Source: an uncultured cyanobacterium
GTDB lineage: Bacteria; Cyanobacteriota; Cyanobacteriia; Cyanobacteriales; Nostocaceae
Length of the DNA stretch: 64,000 nucleotides
Direction: 5' to 3'
NCBI GenBank assembly: GCA_963740315.1
Contig: CAVUDP010000002.1
Coordinates: 2,528,001-2,592,000 of the forward strand
Each line of letters starts with the position of its first letter. Positions within the stretch are counted from its first letter, which is position 1. The position numbers and the translations under genes were made by a program. Positions 1-9,880 of this stretch are shown one piece after another. Under the pieces are notes generated by a model, which saw only the letters and a list, made by a program, of their open reading frames with translations, was not told the origin of the DNA and ran no database searches.

Positions 1-305
1 TTGCGCGTATTGGTACGATCGTTTTTCGTAAAGATGCAATGGGCGCAGGAGATGCAAAACTAGCAGCAATGATGGGAGCTTGGCTGGGTTGGAAGTTTTT
101 ACTTTTAGCCAGCTTTATTGCTTGTATTGCAGGAGTTGCCGTAGAAAGTATCGTCATTTTGGTACAAAAAAACTTAAAAAGAAATCAACCTTTTCCTTTT
201 GGTCCATATTTAGCATTAGGCTCGGCGATCGCGCTCTTTTGCGGCGAAGCTATTTTATCGAGTTATTTGCGATTCTTTTTTGAAACTAGTAGTGCGTTTC
301 ATTAA
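1..305 (+). CDS. pilD: Prepilin peptidase (A24), 3' part; runs off the window start
   Basis: AMGAGDAKLAAMMGAWLGW and PFGPYLA motifs; sits upstream of accD as is common in cyanobacteria. Confidence 0.9.
   Translation, partial: ARIGTIVFRKDAMGAGDAKLAAMMGAWLGWKFLLLASFIACIAGVAVESIVILVQKNLKRNQPFPFGPYLALGSAIALFCGEAILSSYLRFFFETSSAFH
225..232. repeat. HIP1 octamer GCGATCGC (example; many copies throughout the window)
   Basis: Also at 1199, 4826 and dozens of other positions, far above chance for AT-rich DNA. Confidence 0.95.
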
Positions 306-407
306 TTCTGATAGGTTTGTAGTAAGGGCTTTAGCACCAAATCCGGAGAGTTAAAACTCTTACTACGAACCTTTTTACCCTTCAAAACTTTTGAAATGGA
401 CTACTAG
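286..407. mobile_element. MITE-like element with 16-bp imperfect terminal inverted repeats, overlapping the pilD 3' end
   Basis: CTAGTAGTGCGTTTCA (286-301) vs reverse complement of TGAAATGGACTACTAG (392-407), 14/16 match; internal GTAGTAAG...CTTACTAC REP pair. Confidence 0.6.
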
Positions 408-440
408 TATTGCACCACATTAAATATGAGGAGTAATAAA

Positions 441-502
441 GGTTCGTAGTAAGCGCTGTACTTGCTCCGGATTTAGGGAACCGATGCCCTTACTACGAAC
501 CT
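441..502. repeat. GTAG-type REP inverted pair (GGTTCGTAGTAAG...CTTACTACGAACC)
   Basis: 13-bp perfect inverted ends; related copies at 314-371, 15651-15790, 21011-21051 and 40297-40349. Confidence 0.7.
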
Positions 503-894
503 GTCAAAATCAATGAAATGCAAGTTGATAAGGGAGAGAGGGGGAGACAAGGGGACAAGGGGAGAAGGAAAATAGGAACTTTGTTAATTAGCAACGTGTC
601 TTTTGGACGTATTATCAAGTTACGTGAAGTATTGCATTGTCCGTTATGGACTGCATTGCTGATGAAGGAGTTTTATAAATATATAATCTAAGACTTGAAT
701 TAGTTTACATATTTTCGTTAAGCTGACAAGCGAAATGCTTTAATATTGTCTCCATTGCTTACAAAAATTAAGGAATAAATATAAATGTCTTTTGTAATTT
801 GTTATAAATATTTACAATTTACAAAAAAGACAAAAGATAAAATTCCCGTATTCTTGACTAAATTTGACATACAATCCACTTGCATAAGATACAA

Positions 895-1854
895 ATGGCA
901 AACAACGACGAAACACGCGGTTTTAAATCTTTATTTGATTGGTTTGCGAATCGACGTAAAACAGGTTCTATTAGTATTGAACGACAAGAACGTGAAATCG
1001 CTGATGGACTATGGCACAAATGCACTAAATGTGGTGTATTGACTTATGCCAAAGACTTGAAAGCGAATCTGATGGTTTGCATAGAATGCGGACATCACAA
1101 TCGAGTAAATAGCGATGAACGTATCCGTCAGCTTATTGATGGTAATACGTGGACGGCAATGGACGAACATTTGCTTCCCACAGATCCTTTACAGTTTCGC
1201 GATCGCAAATCCTACAGTGACAGATTGCGGGATATGCAGGAAAAAACTGGTTTAACAGATGCTGTTAGAACGGGTTTGGGAGAAATCAATGGTTTACCCG
1301 TTGCTTTGGGCGTAATGGACTTTCGCTTCATTGGCGCTAGCATGGGTTCTGTTGTCGGGGAAAAGCTGACGCGGTTGATCGAACAAGCTACACAGCGCCG
1401 CTATCCTGTTGTAATTATCTGTACTTCCGGTGGAGCAAGAATGCAGGAAGGATTGCTCTCGTTAATGCAGATGGCGAAAGTATCGGCAGCCTTAGAACTT
1501 CATCGCCAACAAAAACTTTTATATATTCCCGTTTTAACTAATCCTACAACTGGTGGGGTAACTGCAAGTTTTGCCATGTTGGGCGATATCATTTTGGCAG
1601 AGCCAAAAGCAACTATTGGTTTTGCAGGTAGACGAGTGATCGAACAAACCCTGCGAGAAAAATTACCAGAAGATTTTCAAAGTGCGGAAGATTTACTCAA
1701 ACACGGTTTTGTAGATGAAATCATACCCCGTACTCAATTAAAGAAAACTTTGACACAGCTAATTACTTTACATCAACCACCCGCAATGACAGCTAATAAT
1801 TTACTTGTGTGGGAGACAACAAGATTTAGCCACAGCGTAGTCAATGAACAATGA
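895..1854 (+). CDS. accD: Acetyl-CoA carboxylase carboxyltransferase beta subunit
   Basis: C4 zinc finger (LWHKCTKC...CIECGHH), [35 protein letters not shown] at 895. Confidence 0.97.
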   Translation: MANNDETRGFKSLFDWFANRRKTGSISIERQEREIADGLWHKCTKCGVLTYAKDLKANLMVCIECGHHNRVNSDERIRQLIDGNTWTAMDEHLLPTDPLQFRDRKSYSDRLRDMQEKTGLTDAVRTGLGEINGLPVALGVMDFRFIGASMGSVVGEKLTRLIEQATQRRYPVVIICTSGGARMQEGLLSLMQMAKVSAALELHRQQKLLYIPVLTNPTTGGVTASFAMLGDIILAEPKATIGFAGRRVIEQTLREKLPEDFQSAEDLLKHGFVDEIIPRTQLKKTLTQLITLHQPPAMTANNLLVWETTRFSHSVVNEQ

Positions 1855-1880
1855 ACAATTATCAGTGATTTAAAAACAAT

Positions 1881-1906
1881 GGAGACGTAAAATTTTACGT
1901 CTCTAC
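1881..1906. repeat. REP-like palindrome GAGACGTAAAATTTTACGTCTC(TAC) between convergent genes
   Basis: Perfect palindrome with GTAG end on the minus strand; relatives at 33416-33442, 48810-48834 and 51888-51912. Confidence 0.7.
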
Positions 1907-1927
1907 ATTTGTGTTGATTGATAATTG

Positions 1928-3412
1928 TTAACTGATAACTGTTGATTTACGAAAACCCTGAAACATCTTGGTTAAAAATTGTCTTCGCGCTTCTTGTACG
2001 AACAAAAGTGGAACTAAAGCTATTAATCGGAAGCCTACAGACATCATAAATAAACCCGGTAAGCCTCCTAAAAAATTATTTTGCGCTAAAAAACCGCCGA
2101 TTGTTGTTCCAATGGCACCGCTACCACCAGCCACAGCAGCAGCAGTTGCAAAATAAACTGACTGCATTCTTACTGGTGCGATACCTATTTGGATGTTGTT
2201 GCTACATAATTCGATTGCTGCGTTTGTACCTCCAATCAGCATATGCAGTAAAGGCAACCACAACCAAATACTCAGGGAGTTTACGCCGATTCCCACCCAC
2301 AAAAGTGGAACTATTGAAACCAAAATTCCTACCAAAAATAAGATGGTACGATTGCCTGCTTTGTCTGCTAATTTACCCCATAAAATCAGCGTTAACATCC
2401 CAGCACCGGCTTGAAAGCTGCCGTAAACAGTCACCCAACTGACATCTAAGTTTAAGGTGTCGAGCATATAAAGATTAAAAAAAGGCGTACTCAGGTTGAA
2501 GGCAAACATCCACAATCCAAAGTAAGCCAAAAATATTAAAAAGTTGGAGTCTTTCCAAACGCTTGGAGACTGACTAAAAGTTTGATTTATTTGATTTATT
2601 TGATTTGTTTGATTTGAAATCTCTAAAACTTTGTTTGTACTAAAATTTTTTACTTCCACACAGTTTTGAGACTGAGGATTAATATCTGCTTTGAAAAACT
2701 GACAGGCAAGACTTGCTGCACCAGCAACCAACCCTAGCAGCAAAACCAGTCCGTAACCTTGTACGTGTCCGCCGGGATAAAAACTTACAGTCAAACCAGC
2801 TAAGGGTACGCAAAGCAGTTGGGTAAAACTAGAAACGCTATTTCTGACACCGAAATACCTTCCCCGCAACTGTCGAGGAACCAGTATTGCCATCCAACTC
2901 AACCAAGATGCACTTCCTAAAGCTCTTAATATGTGACTGGCTAAAATAATCAGCAGCGTCAAAACAACAAGCCGATGATTGTTCAAATTTCCCCAACCCC
3001 AACTCGCTGCACTAATGGCGATCGCTAAAATTAACCATAGAAATCTAGCAGCACCCTGAGTCCAAAGAGAATACCTGTGGCGGCTTTCGGTTCGTTCGGA
3101 AAGATAAGCACCTAAAGGCTGTAACAGATTTACCATCATGGGAATAGAAGAAAGCATCCCAATCTGTACCGGAGTTGCACCTAATTCAATTAGAAAATTA
3201 CTCAGCAGAATTCCAGTAGTAGTAATATCAAATACTGACGCAAACACCCCATCAGCAGTAGAAGCTTTCAAACTCTTACGAATGGCATCTTTAGAAATTC
3301 TCTTCGGTTGGGATTCAAGATTATCTTCGTTTTGAAATACTGACGGTAAAACAGTACTTCTCGTATTTTCCGGAACTTCAACAAATTCTGCCTTCACCTG
3401 AACAGATTGCAT
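1928..3412 (-). CDS. MFS transporter
   Basis: About 12 hydrophobic segments, WGKLADKAGNR loop motif, LVPRQLRGRYFG. Confidence 0.85.
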   Translation of the reverse strand: MQSVQVKAEFVEVPENTRSTVLPSVFQNEDNLESQPKRISKDAIRKSLKASTADGVFASVFDITTTGILLSNFLIELGATPVQIGMLSSIPMMVNLLQPLGAYLSERTESRHRYSLWTQGAARFLWLILAIAISAASWGWGNLNNHRLVVLTLLIILASHILRALGSASWLSWMAILVPRQLRGRYFGVRNSVSSFTQLLCVPLAGLTVSFYPGGHVQGYGLVLLLGLVAGAASLACQFFKADINPQSQNCVEVKNFSTNKVLEISNQTNQINQINQTFSQSPSVWKDSNFLIFLAYFGLWMFAFNLSTPFFNLYMLDTLNLDVSWVTVYGSFQAGAGMLTLILWGKLADKAGNRTILFLVGILVSIVPLLWVGIGVNSLSIWLWLPLLHMLIGGTNAAIELCSNNIQIGIAPVRMQSVYFATAAAVAGGSGAIGTTIGGFLAQNNFLGGLPGLFMMSVGFRLIALVPLLFVQEARRQFLTKMFQGFRKSTVIS

Positions 3413-3753
3413 TAGCCACCCTTGAGGATAGTTGTTTTTAAATGAGTTGTGTTTTAGCTGTTATTTGAATGTTTTTGTCAGTAATGACAGCCTTCTGCTA
3501 ATTTTACATTACATATATTAATAAAGATATATATAAATACAAATTAAAATAGCGTTGTTAATGATTTGTTAAATAATATAAAGCTGTTCATCAACAAAAA
3601 TCCTCACAAAGTAATGGTTTTAGTTGATATGTTTTCTCTCCAAAGTTATAAATCTTAAATAAATCTCAAGTATGTTTACAAAGAATTGTAAAGCTGGTAT
3701 CTTAAGCGGCTTGTCGAATGTGCGAGGATCGCATAAGAATCAAATTAGCTTTG

Positions 3754-5030
3754 ATGATGAAAAGAAAACTATTCAACTTTTTAGGAATTTTAGTAGCATT
3801 CGTGTTGTTAATAGTTGGTTTAGATAACCTATTCTTATCAGGTGCTTCTAAGCCATCAGATATAGTTACCGTAAAATTCAGCGGTTGGGCTGCTAGTGCG
3901 GTTGAACAAAAGTTATTAAAACAGTTATTGTCAGATTTTGAAGTAGAACATCCAGGTATAAAAGTCAAATATGAGGTGATAAACGACCAATATATGGATG
4001 TAATTAAGACTCGTTTAATTGGGGAAGCCGCACCAGATGTATTTTATTTAGATGCTTTGGAAGCTCCTTTTTTAATGAGTCAAAATGTTCTCGAACCTTT
4101 AAATAGCTATATAAAACCTGAATTTGATTTAGGTGATTTTGAAGAAAGCTTATTAAATAGCTTTAAATACGAAAACCAGATTTACGGACTACCGAAAGAT
4201 TACTCAACTCTGGCTCTATTTTATAATAAACAAGCCTTTAATAAAAAAGATTTAACCGATCCGCCAGCAACTTGGAAAGAATTACGTACATACTCGCAAA
4301 AATTAACAGAAGATAGTAATAAAGATGGCAAGATAGATAAATATGGTTTTGGGGAAATTTTAGAATTAGCCAGACAGGCTTATAAAATAAAGGCTTTTGA
4401 CGGGCAAATTGTTAACCAAGATGGTTATGCAGCTTTTGCTTCCCCTGAAGCTTTGAAAGGATTGCAATTAGCAGTAAATCAATATCAAAAAGAACGAACT
4501 TCCGCGCAAAAAACAGATGTAGGGACAAATTCTGGTAGCGAAATGTTTGCTCAAGGTAAAGTGGCAATGGTAATTGAAGGTAACTGGGCAATTCCTTATT
4601 TAAAAGAGACTTTTCCCAACTTAGAATTTGGTACGGCAGAAGTGCCAACGATAAATAATAAGAAAGGCACAATGGTATTTACGGTTGCTTACGTAATGAA
4701 TAAAAAAGCAAAACACAAAGCCGAAGCTTGGGAATTAATTTCTTACCTAACAGGCAAACAAGGTATGGAAAAATGGACTCAAAGTGGTTTGGCTTTACCA
4801 AGTAGAAAATCGGTAGCCCAGATGAGCGATCGCACGCTATGGCGCAATCGGCATTTGTAGCGGGGGTTGATTACGCTACACCTTGGCAAATTGGTAAATA
4901 CCCCGCAGCGATCGTAAATAACTTTGAAAATCAATTTACCAGCGCCATTTTAGGACAGCAACCGTTAAAACAAGCGATGAAAAAGGCGCAGATAGAAGCG
5001 AATAAGCAAATTAAAATGATGGAATATTAA
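3754..5030 (+). pseudogene. ABC transporter carbohydrate-binding protein, frameshifted at about 4822-4850
   Basis: Signal peptide, APDVFY, YGLPKDYSTLALFYNK, FAQGKVAMVIEGNW; the expected C-terminus SAFVAGVDYATPWQ...AILGQQPLKQAMKKAQ is in a different frame (4851-5030). Confidence 0.75.
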
Positions 5031-5238
5031 TCTTCTAATGGTTGCTTAAATGATACTAATTAGATATACATTACAAGTAGCATTTTTTCAAACCCTATAT
5101 AGTTAGATATTCAATGTTCTAAAATTTACACTATTAATTGTAGAAAACCTTCCTTAAGAATGAATGAAATTGGCTCATAAAGCGAATATATTGGCTTATA
5201 CCAATTAAAAATTATGTTTCTCAGATAGAAGTTCAAAT

Positions 5239-5817
5239 ATGAAAAGTAGATTTAGTCTGCATATGTCCGATGCAGCTAAAAAGTTTTGTCTTGTTTTATT
5301 TATTATGTTATCTGGTGCGGGATGCAGCATACAGCAAACTCAAGGAGTAAGTTTAGATAAAGCAGATATTAAAACTGTTGGCTGGATAGAGAATGGCAAG
5401 ATTCTCGGCATCGATAAAGATATCAAATTAAAGCTTGATACGGGAGCTAAAACAACTTCAATTAATGCCGAAATTTTAGAAAAGCCAGATGAAAAATCGG
5501 AATCCGGCGGCACAATTAAGTTTAGATATACGAACAAAGAAGGAATCAATAAAGTTTTTGAACGCCCTGTAGAAAGATGGGTTCGGATTAAAGATGGTGA
5601 AGGCGGCTATTTCCGCCGCCCAGTAGTAAGAATGAAATTTTGTGTTGCAGGTAGGTGGATTGAAGAAGAAGCCAACCTTAGCGATCGCGATGGTTTCAAC
5701 TATTCAGTTTTAGTTGGACGCAATATGTTAGAAAAAGGCAAATTAGCTGTAAACTCTGCTGAAAGTTTTACCGCGAAGCCAAATTGTCAAGCAGAGGAGA
5801 AACAAAGTGAATCGTAA
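5239..5817 (+). CDS. Putative ATP-dependent zinc protease family / retropepsin-like protein (RimK-associated), probable lipoprotein
   Basis: VGWIE, KLDTGAKTTSINA, RRPVV, LSDR..YSVLVGRN; signal peptide ending GAGC. Confidence 0.85.
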   Translation: MKSRFSLHMSDAAKKFCLVLFIMLSGAGCSIQQTQGVSLDKADIKTVGWIENGKILGIDKDIKLKLDTGAKTTSINAEILEKPDEKSESGGTIKFRYTNKEGINKVFERPVERWVRIKDGEGGYFRRPVVRMKFCVAGRWIEEEANLSDRDGFNYSVLVGRNMLEKGKLAVNSAESFTAKPNCQAEEKQSES

Positions 5818-7435
5818 TTTTCATGCTATATTATTAGCCTTATTTTTAGCAGCTATTAGTTTAGCGATTTTTGTTAATAAGTTGACTACTACAGATATTC
5901 CGCTATTACCAAATCAAGCTTCTAAAAATTGGTATGTCGAAACTAAATTATCGGTAAATTCTGAAGGAAGAATATTAGATTCAGAAAATGCATTACCAAG
6001 GGAAATAGAATTACAGCTTCCCCAATCTTCTCCCGGTTACAAGATTATCAGTGAAGAATTTATTAATGATGGATATACTCGTCAGGTAGAGACGGTAAAA
6101 TCATCAAATCGCGTAGCTACATTTACTAATCAAAATGCAAAAGGAAGCGAAGTAATATTTTATCGAGCAATTATTGATAAAACTGATTTAGCGAAAAGCG
6201 ATTCAAATGGTAACGGAGTTTCGCTTTCTGGAGAAAAGATTGTTGAAAAGCAGCTTAGCAACTTTGGTACAGACAATGCCCAAATCAAAGATAATTTAAA
6301 AGAAAATTTTCCAACTGCGGAAATTGAATCTATTTTAAAAGAAGCAAGACAGCGATCGGGTGACAATACTTTAGATTTCGCCAAACAAGTTTATCAATTA
6401 GCACTCAATCCCGATGAAATTCGAGTTCGCGCTATTACTAGAACTTTAGGGATTAAAAACTCAACTTCAGAATTAGCTGCATTTTTGTTAAAACAAGCCA
6501 AAATTCCAGCGCGGGTTGCTAACGGTATTTTGTTCAACAATCAAGAAGTGTATTCAACAGATTTTATTCAATGGTTAGAGGTAGAAACCGATAAAGGTTG
6601 GCTGGCTTACGACACTATCGATCGCAATTTTGGAAGGCAAGACAGATATCTAACTTGGTGGTACGGTAGCGATAGTGCTTTGAGTGCTAAAGGTTCGGGA
6701 GATGTTAATTTAGAAGTAGTGGTTAGACCAAATACCGACAAAGGAATCAATCAAGCACTTTGGGAAAAACAAAAAGCTGCAAATCCATTGCTCGAATATT
6801 CTTTATTAAATTTACCTTTAGCAACACAGCGAGTATTTAGGGTATTAGTGTTAGTTCCGATTGGTGCATTAATTATTTCCGTTTTACATCAAATGGTAGG
6901 ATTGCAAACTTTTGGAACATTTACACCAATATTAATTGCCCTTGCATTTAGAGAAACTGGACTTATAGTTGGCATACCGCTATTTATTTTAGTTGTAATT
7001 ATTGGGCTGGCAATTCGTGCCTATTTAGATAAATTACAACTGTTAATTGTACCAAGACTCGCCGCAATTTTGACCGCAACAGTTTTAACAATTGGGGTAT
7101 TAGCAATAATCTTACAAAGGTTCGGTATAAATTTAGGATTATCGATTTCCTTATTCCCGATTGTCATCCTCGCAATGCTAATCGAACGAGCCGCTTTAAG
7201 TTGGGAAGAATCAGGAGCAAAAGAAACAATAATTGCCGGATTAGGTACCGTTTTTGTGGCAGTTATCGGTTACTTATGCGTAATTAATCCCTACGTCCAA
7301 CATTTAGCATTTACCTTCCCAGAACTATTGTTGTTGGTATTAGGAATCAATATTTTAGTAGGGCGTTATAACGGCTACAAGCTGACAGAATATTTCCGAT
7401 TTAAATCAATGGAAAGACAGTTGAGTCAATCTTAG
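5807..7435 (+). CDS. Inactive transglutaminase / 7TM membrane protein (UUP1-like)
   Basis: IPARVANG, WLEV, VGLQTFGTFTPILIALAF, LLIVPRLA, FPIVIL, GRYNGYKLTEYFRF; GTG start overlaps the upstream gene. Confidence 0.85.
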   Translation: MNRNFHAILLALFLAAISLAIFVNKLTTTDIPLLPNQASKNWYVETKLSVNSEGRILDSENALPREIELQLPQSSPGYKIISEEFINDGYTRQVETVKSSNRVATFTNQNAKGSEVIFYRAIIDKTDLAKSDSNGNGVSLSGEKIVEKQLSNFGTDNAQIKDNLKENFPTAEIESILKEARQRSGDNTLDFAKQVYQLALNPDEIRVRAITRTLGIKNSTSELAAFLLKQAKIPARVANGILFNNQEVYSTDFIQWLEVETDKGWLAYDTIDRNFGRQDRYLTWWYGSDSALSAKGSGDVNLEVVVRPNTDKGINQALWEKQKAANPLLEYSLLNLPLATQRVFRVLVLVPIGALIISVLHQMVGLQTFGTFTPILIALAFRETGLIVGIPLFILVVIIGLAIRAYLDKLQLLIVPRLAAILTATVLTIGVLAIILQRFGINLGLSISLFPIVILAMLIERAALSWEESGAKETIIAGLGTVFVAVIGYLCVINPYVQHLAFTFPELLLLVLGINILVGRYNGYKLTEYFRFKSMERQLSQS

Positions 7436-7439
7436 AACA

Positions 7440-7702
7440 GGGAGATGGGGAGATGGGGAGATGAGGGAGATGGGGAGATGGGGAGATGGGGAGATGGGGA
7501 GATGGGGAGATGGGGAGATGGGGAGATGGGGAGATGAGGGAGATGGGGAGATGGGGAGATGGGGAGATGGGGAGATGGGGAGATGGGGAGATGGGGAGAT
7601 GGGGAGATGGGGAGATGGGGAGATGGGGAGATGGGGAGATGGGGGAGATGGGGAGATGGGGAGATGGGGAGATGGGGAGATGAGGGAGATGGGGAGATGG
7701 GG
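7440..7702 (+). repeat. Long octamer tandem repeat (GGGGAGAT)n, about 32 units
   Basis: Directly visible; occasional GATGAGGGA variants. Confidence 0.97.
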
Positions 7703-7708
7703 TTCGAT

Positions 7709-7880
7709 AGCGCGCGAGACGCTCGCACTACAAAGATGCGGAGAAATGTTAATTTACAACTTCTAACTCATAACTCCGGTGGTCCTAAGCTGATGTGCAG
7801 CTAAATTATATAACGTGAAAATATTGTAGTGCGAGCGTCTCGCTCGCTAGTTTTATACAAATTAAATCCGTAACAGCTTA
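7709..7880. mobile_element. Interleaved inverted-repeat elements (REP pair plus a MITE-like element)
   Basis: TAGCGCGCGAGACGCTCGCACTACA (7709-) is inverted at TGTAGTGCGAGCGTCTCGCTCGCTA (-7849); TAAGCTG...CAGCTTA ends at about 7786-7880. Confidence 0.6.
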
Positions 7881-7962
7881 ACTCCTAACTCATAACTCCT
7901 AACTCCTAACTCCTAATTCCTAACTCATAACTCATAACTCATAACTCATAACTCCTAACTCA
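7879..7962 (+). repeat. STRR heptamer array (TAACTCC/TAACTCA)n
   Basis: About 12 tandem 7-mers. Confidence 0.92.
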
Positions 7963-8054
7963 ATAAGTTAATTCAAAATCTAAAACTTGTGCTGAGCAGT
8001 TCGACGTAGCTCACTGTAAGACTTGCCGAAGTATCTAAAATCTAAAATATAAGA

Positions 8055-8996
8055 ATGTTTCCATTTTCATTAATGCGTGAAGGGGTTCTCGGAATCAACG
8101 CCCGCAATGTAGATTATCTTTTTCCTAGCAATCCGCGTAAACTTTATAAGTTGGCTGACAATAAGTTAGAAACAAAGAGAATTGCAAAAGAACTTGGCGT
8201 ACCGATTCCAGAAACCTACGGTGTGATTTCGTTTCAAAATGAAGTCGGAAAGCTCTCAGAGATTATCGATGGACATGATTCTTTTATAGTTAAACCCGCT
8301 AAAGGTAGTGGTGGAGACGGAATTGAAGCGATTGTTGAAGTTACCGACGAGGGTTTTAAAAAGCCTAGCGGTAAGGTTCTTTCCGAATCAGATTTGCAAT
8401 ATCACATTCATAAAATTCTGGGTGGAATGTTCTCCCTGGGAGGATTAAGCGATAAAACAATTATTGAATATGCGGTGCAGTTCGATCCGGTTTTTGATGA
8501 AATTGCCTATCAAGGTGTCCCCGACGTGCGGGTAATTGTTTATCGAGGTGTTCCCGTAATGGGAATGTTGCGTTTACCAACTAAGGCTTCTGATGGTAAA
8601 GCAAATTTACATAGAGGCGGTTTAGGCTTAGGTATCGACCTAAGTACCGGGAAAACACTGACAGCAATTCAAAATAATCGTTACATCGAAAAACATCCCG
8701 ATACTGATGCAACATTGCGCGATCGCCAAATTCCTCATTGGGATACTATCTTGGATATGGCGGCAAAATTATGCGAAAAAACCGAGTTTGGCTATCTCGG
8801 TATTGACGTAGTTTTAGATGAAGAAAAAGGTCCGTTGTTACTAGAAATCAATGCTCGCCCCGGACTTTCAATTCAAATTGCCAATCAAGAAGGGCTGATT
8901 CCGCGATTGGAAATAATTGACTCAAGTGTAAAGAAACTTTCGGGTATTGAAGAGAAGATTGCTTTTGCAAAAGATAAATTTGCGGTAAATAACTAG
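8055..8996 (+). CDS. Alpha-L-glutamate ligase-like ATP-grasp protein (RimK-related)
   Basis: GVLGINARN, DNKLETK, VKPAKGSGGDGI, GVPDVRVIV, SDGKANLHRG, LEINARPGLSIQIAN. Confidence 0.92.
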   Translation: MFPFSLMREGVLGINARNVDYLFPSNPRKLYKLADNKLETKRIAKELGVPIPETYGVISFQNEVGKLSEIIDGHDSFIVKPAKGSGGDGIEAIVEVTDEGFKKPSGKVLSESDLQYHIHKILGGMFSLGGLSDKTIIEYAVQFDPVFDEIAYQGVPDVRVIVYRGVPVMGMLRLPTKASDGKANLHRGGLGLGIDLSTGKTLTAIQNNRYIEKHPDTDATLRDRQIPHWDTILDMAAKLCEKTEFGYLGIDVVLDEEKGPLLLEINARPGLSIQIANQEGLIPRLEIIDSSVKKLSGIEEKIAFAKDKFAVNN

Positions 8997-9093
8997 ATAA
9001 AATTATTTCAACCAGCAGACTACGAATTTATACGGACGATATATAAATTCTTTAAATGGGTAAGATAGCATATAGTATTATCTCTGGTTTCCG

Positions 9094-9654
9094 ATGTTAT
9101 CCGATATTGATTTGATTCGAGAGTTTGTTAAGCTTTCTATTCAGAAAAAGGAAGTTTTATTATCAAACTCAACATTACAGGGTGAAACAGTTTATAAAAT
9201 CAATCAACTGACAGCAAAAAAAGAAGGGGTAATTGCCACTACTAAACTAGAACGTACATTAAATCCATTTTTAATTAAATACGATTCTACTTACTGGCAA
9301 TTAATCAGTCAGGTATTAGCTGAATACAACTTTCTTCTGATGGGAGATATAGATAATCGTGGCTTTTATCAATATGAATACTGTCAGATTCCCCAAGGTT
9401 ATCAAATGCATTGTGATAAAGCGGCTATTTTATGGCGAACTTGGTGGAAATATCGTCAGCGTATTCGGGGTAAAGTTATTCAATTAGAACTTCTGATCCG
9501 CATCAGAAATACATGGTATCCCATTAGAGGTTTGTCAGTTAGCGATGGACTTACCTATATCGAAACATTAGGAAGTGAGATTGCACTTGGTTTAGAAGAT
9601 ACGGTGATTTGGTTAAGTAAAGCAAGGGATAATAAGCAAGAGGCTAATTCTTAA
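9094..9654 (+). CDS. Hypothetical protein
   Basis: 186-aa ORF with ATG start and ordinary composition; no family recognised. Confidence 0.7.
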   Translation: MLSDIDLIREFVKLSIQKKEVLLSNSTLQGETVYKINQLTAKKEGVIATTKLERTLNPFLIKYDSTYWQLISQVLAEYNFLLMGDIDNRGFYQYEYCQIPQGYQMHCDKAAILWRTWWKYRQRIRGKVIQLELLIRIRNTWYPIRGLSVSDGLTYIETLGSEIALGLEDTVIWLSKARDNKQEANS

Positions 9655-9830
9655 TAGGGAATATTTTAAAGATAATTTTGGGAATACTAATGTTGGACAA
9701 AGCTATTAAACACAAAACCTATGGGTAGCATAAATATCCAAGCAAAAGAACTTCTCCTTTACAAAGTATTTTTTAGTAAGATTATATTTTAATTTTAAAT
9801 GAAGAAGCCTAGAAAAACAGTTTACAAAAT

Positions 9831-9880
9831 AACCCGCCTTACTGCGGGTTTTGCCTGTGTAGCAGCGACTTCAGTCGCCA
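9831..9880. repeat. REP-like element (AACCCGC..GCGGGTTTTGCCTGTGTAGCAGCGACTTCAGTCGCC)
   Basis: Two short hairpins; supplies the PGD-stop end of the dehydratase gene. Confidence 0.6.

Noticed and set aside
2578..2616. TTTGATTTA repeats in the MFS gene as a regulatory site
   Set aside because: In-frame 9-nt microsatellite encoding NQTNQINQINQ in the central loop
7432..7804. ORFs encoding MGRWGDGE / SPHLPISP repeats
   Set aside because: Translations of the GGGGAGAT tandem array, which has no stop codons; no independent evidence of coding
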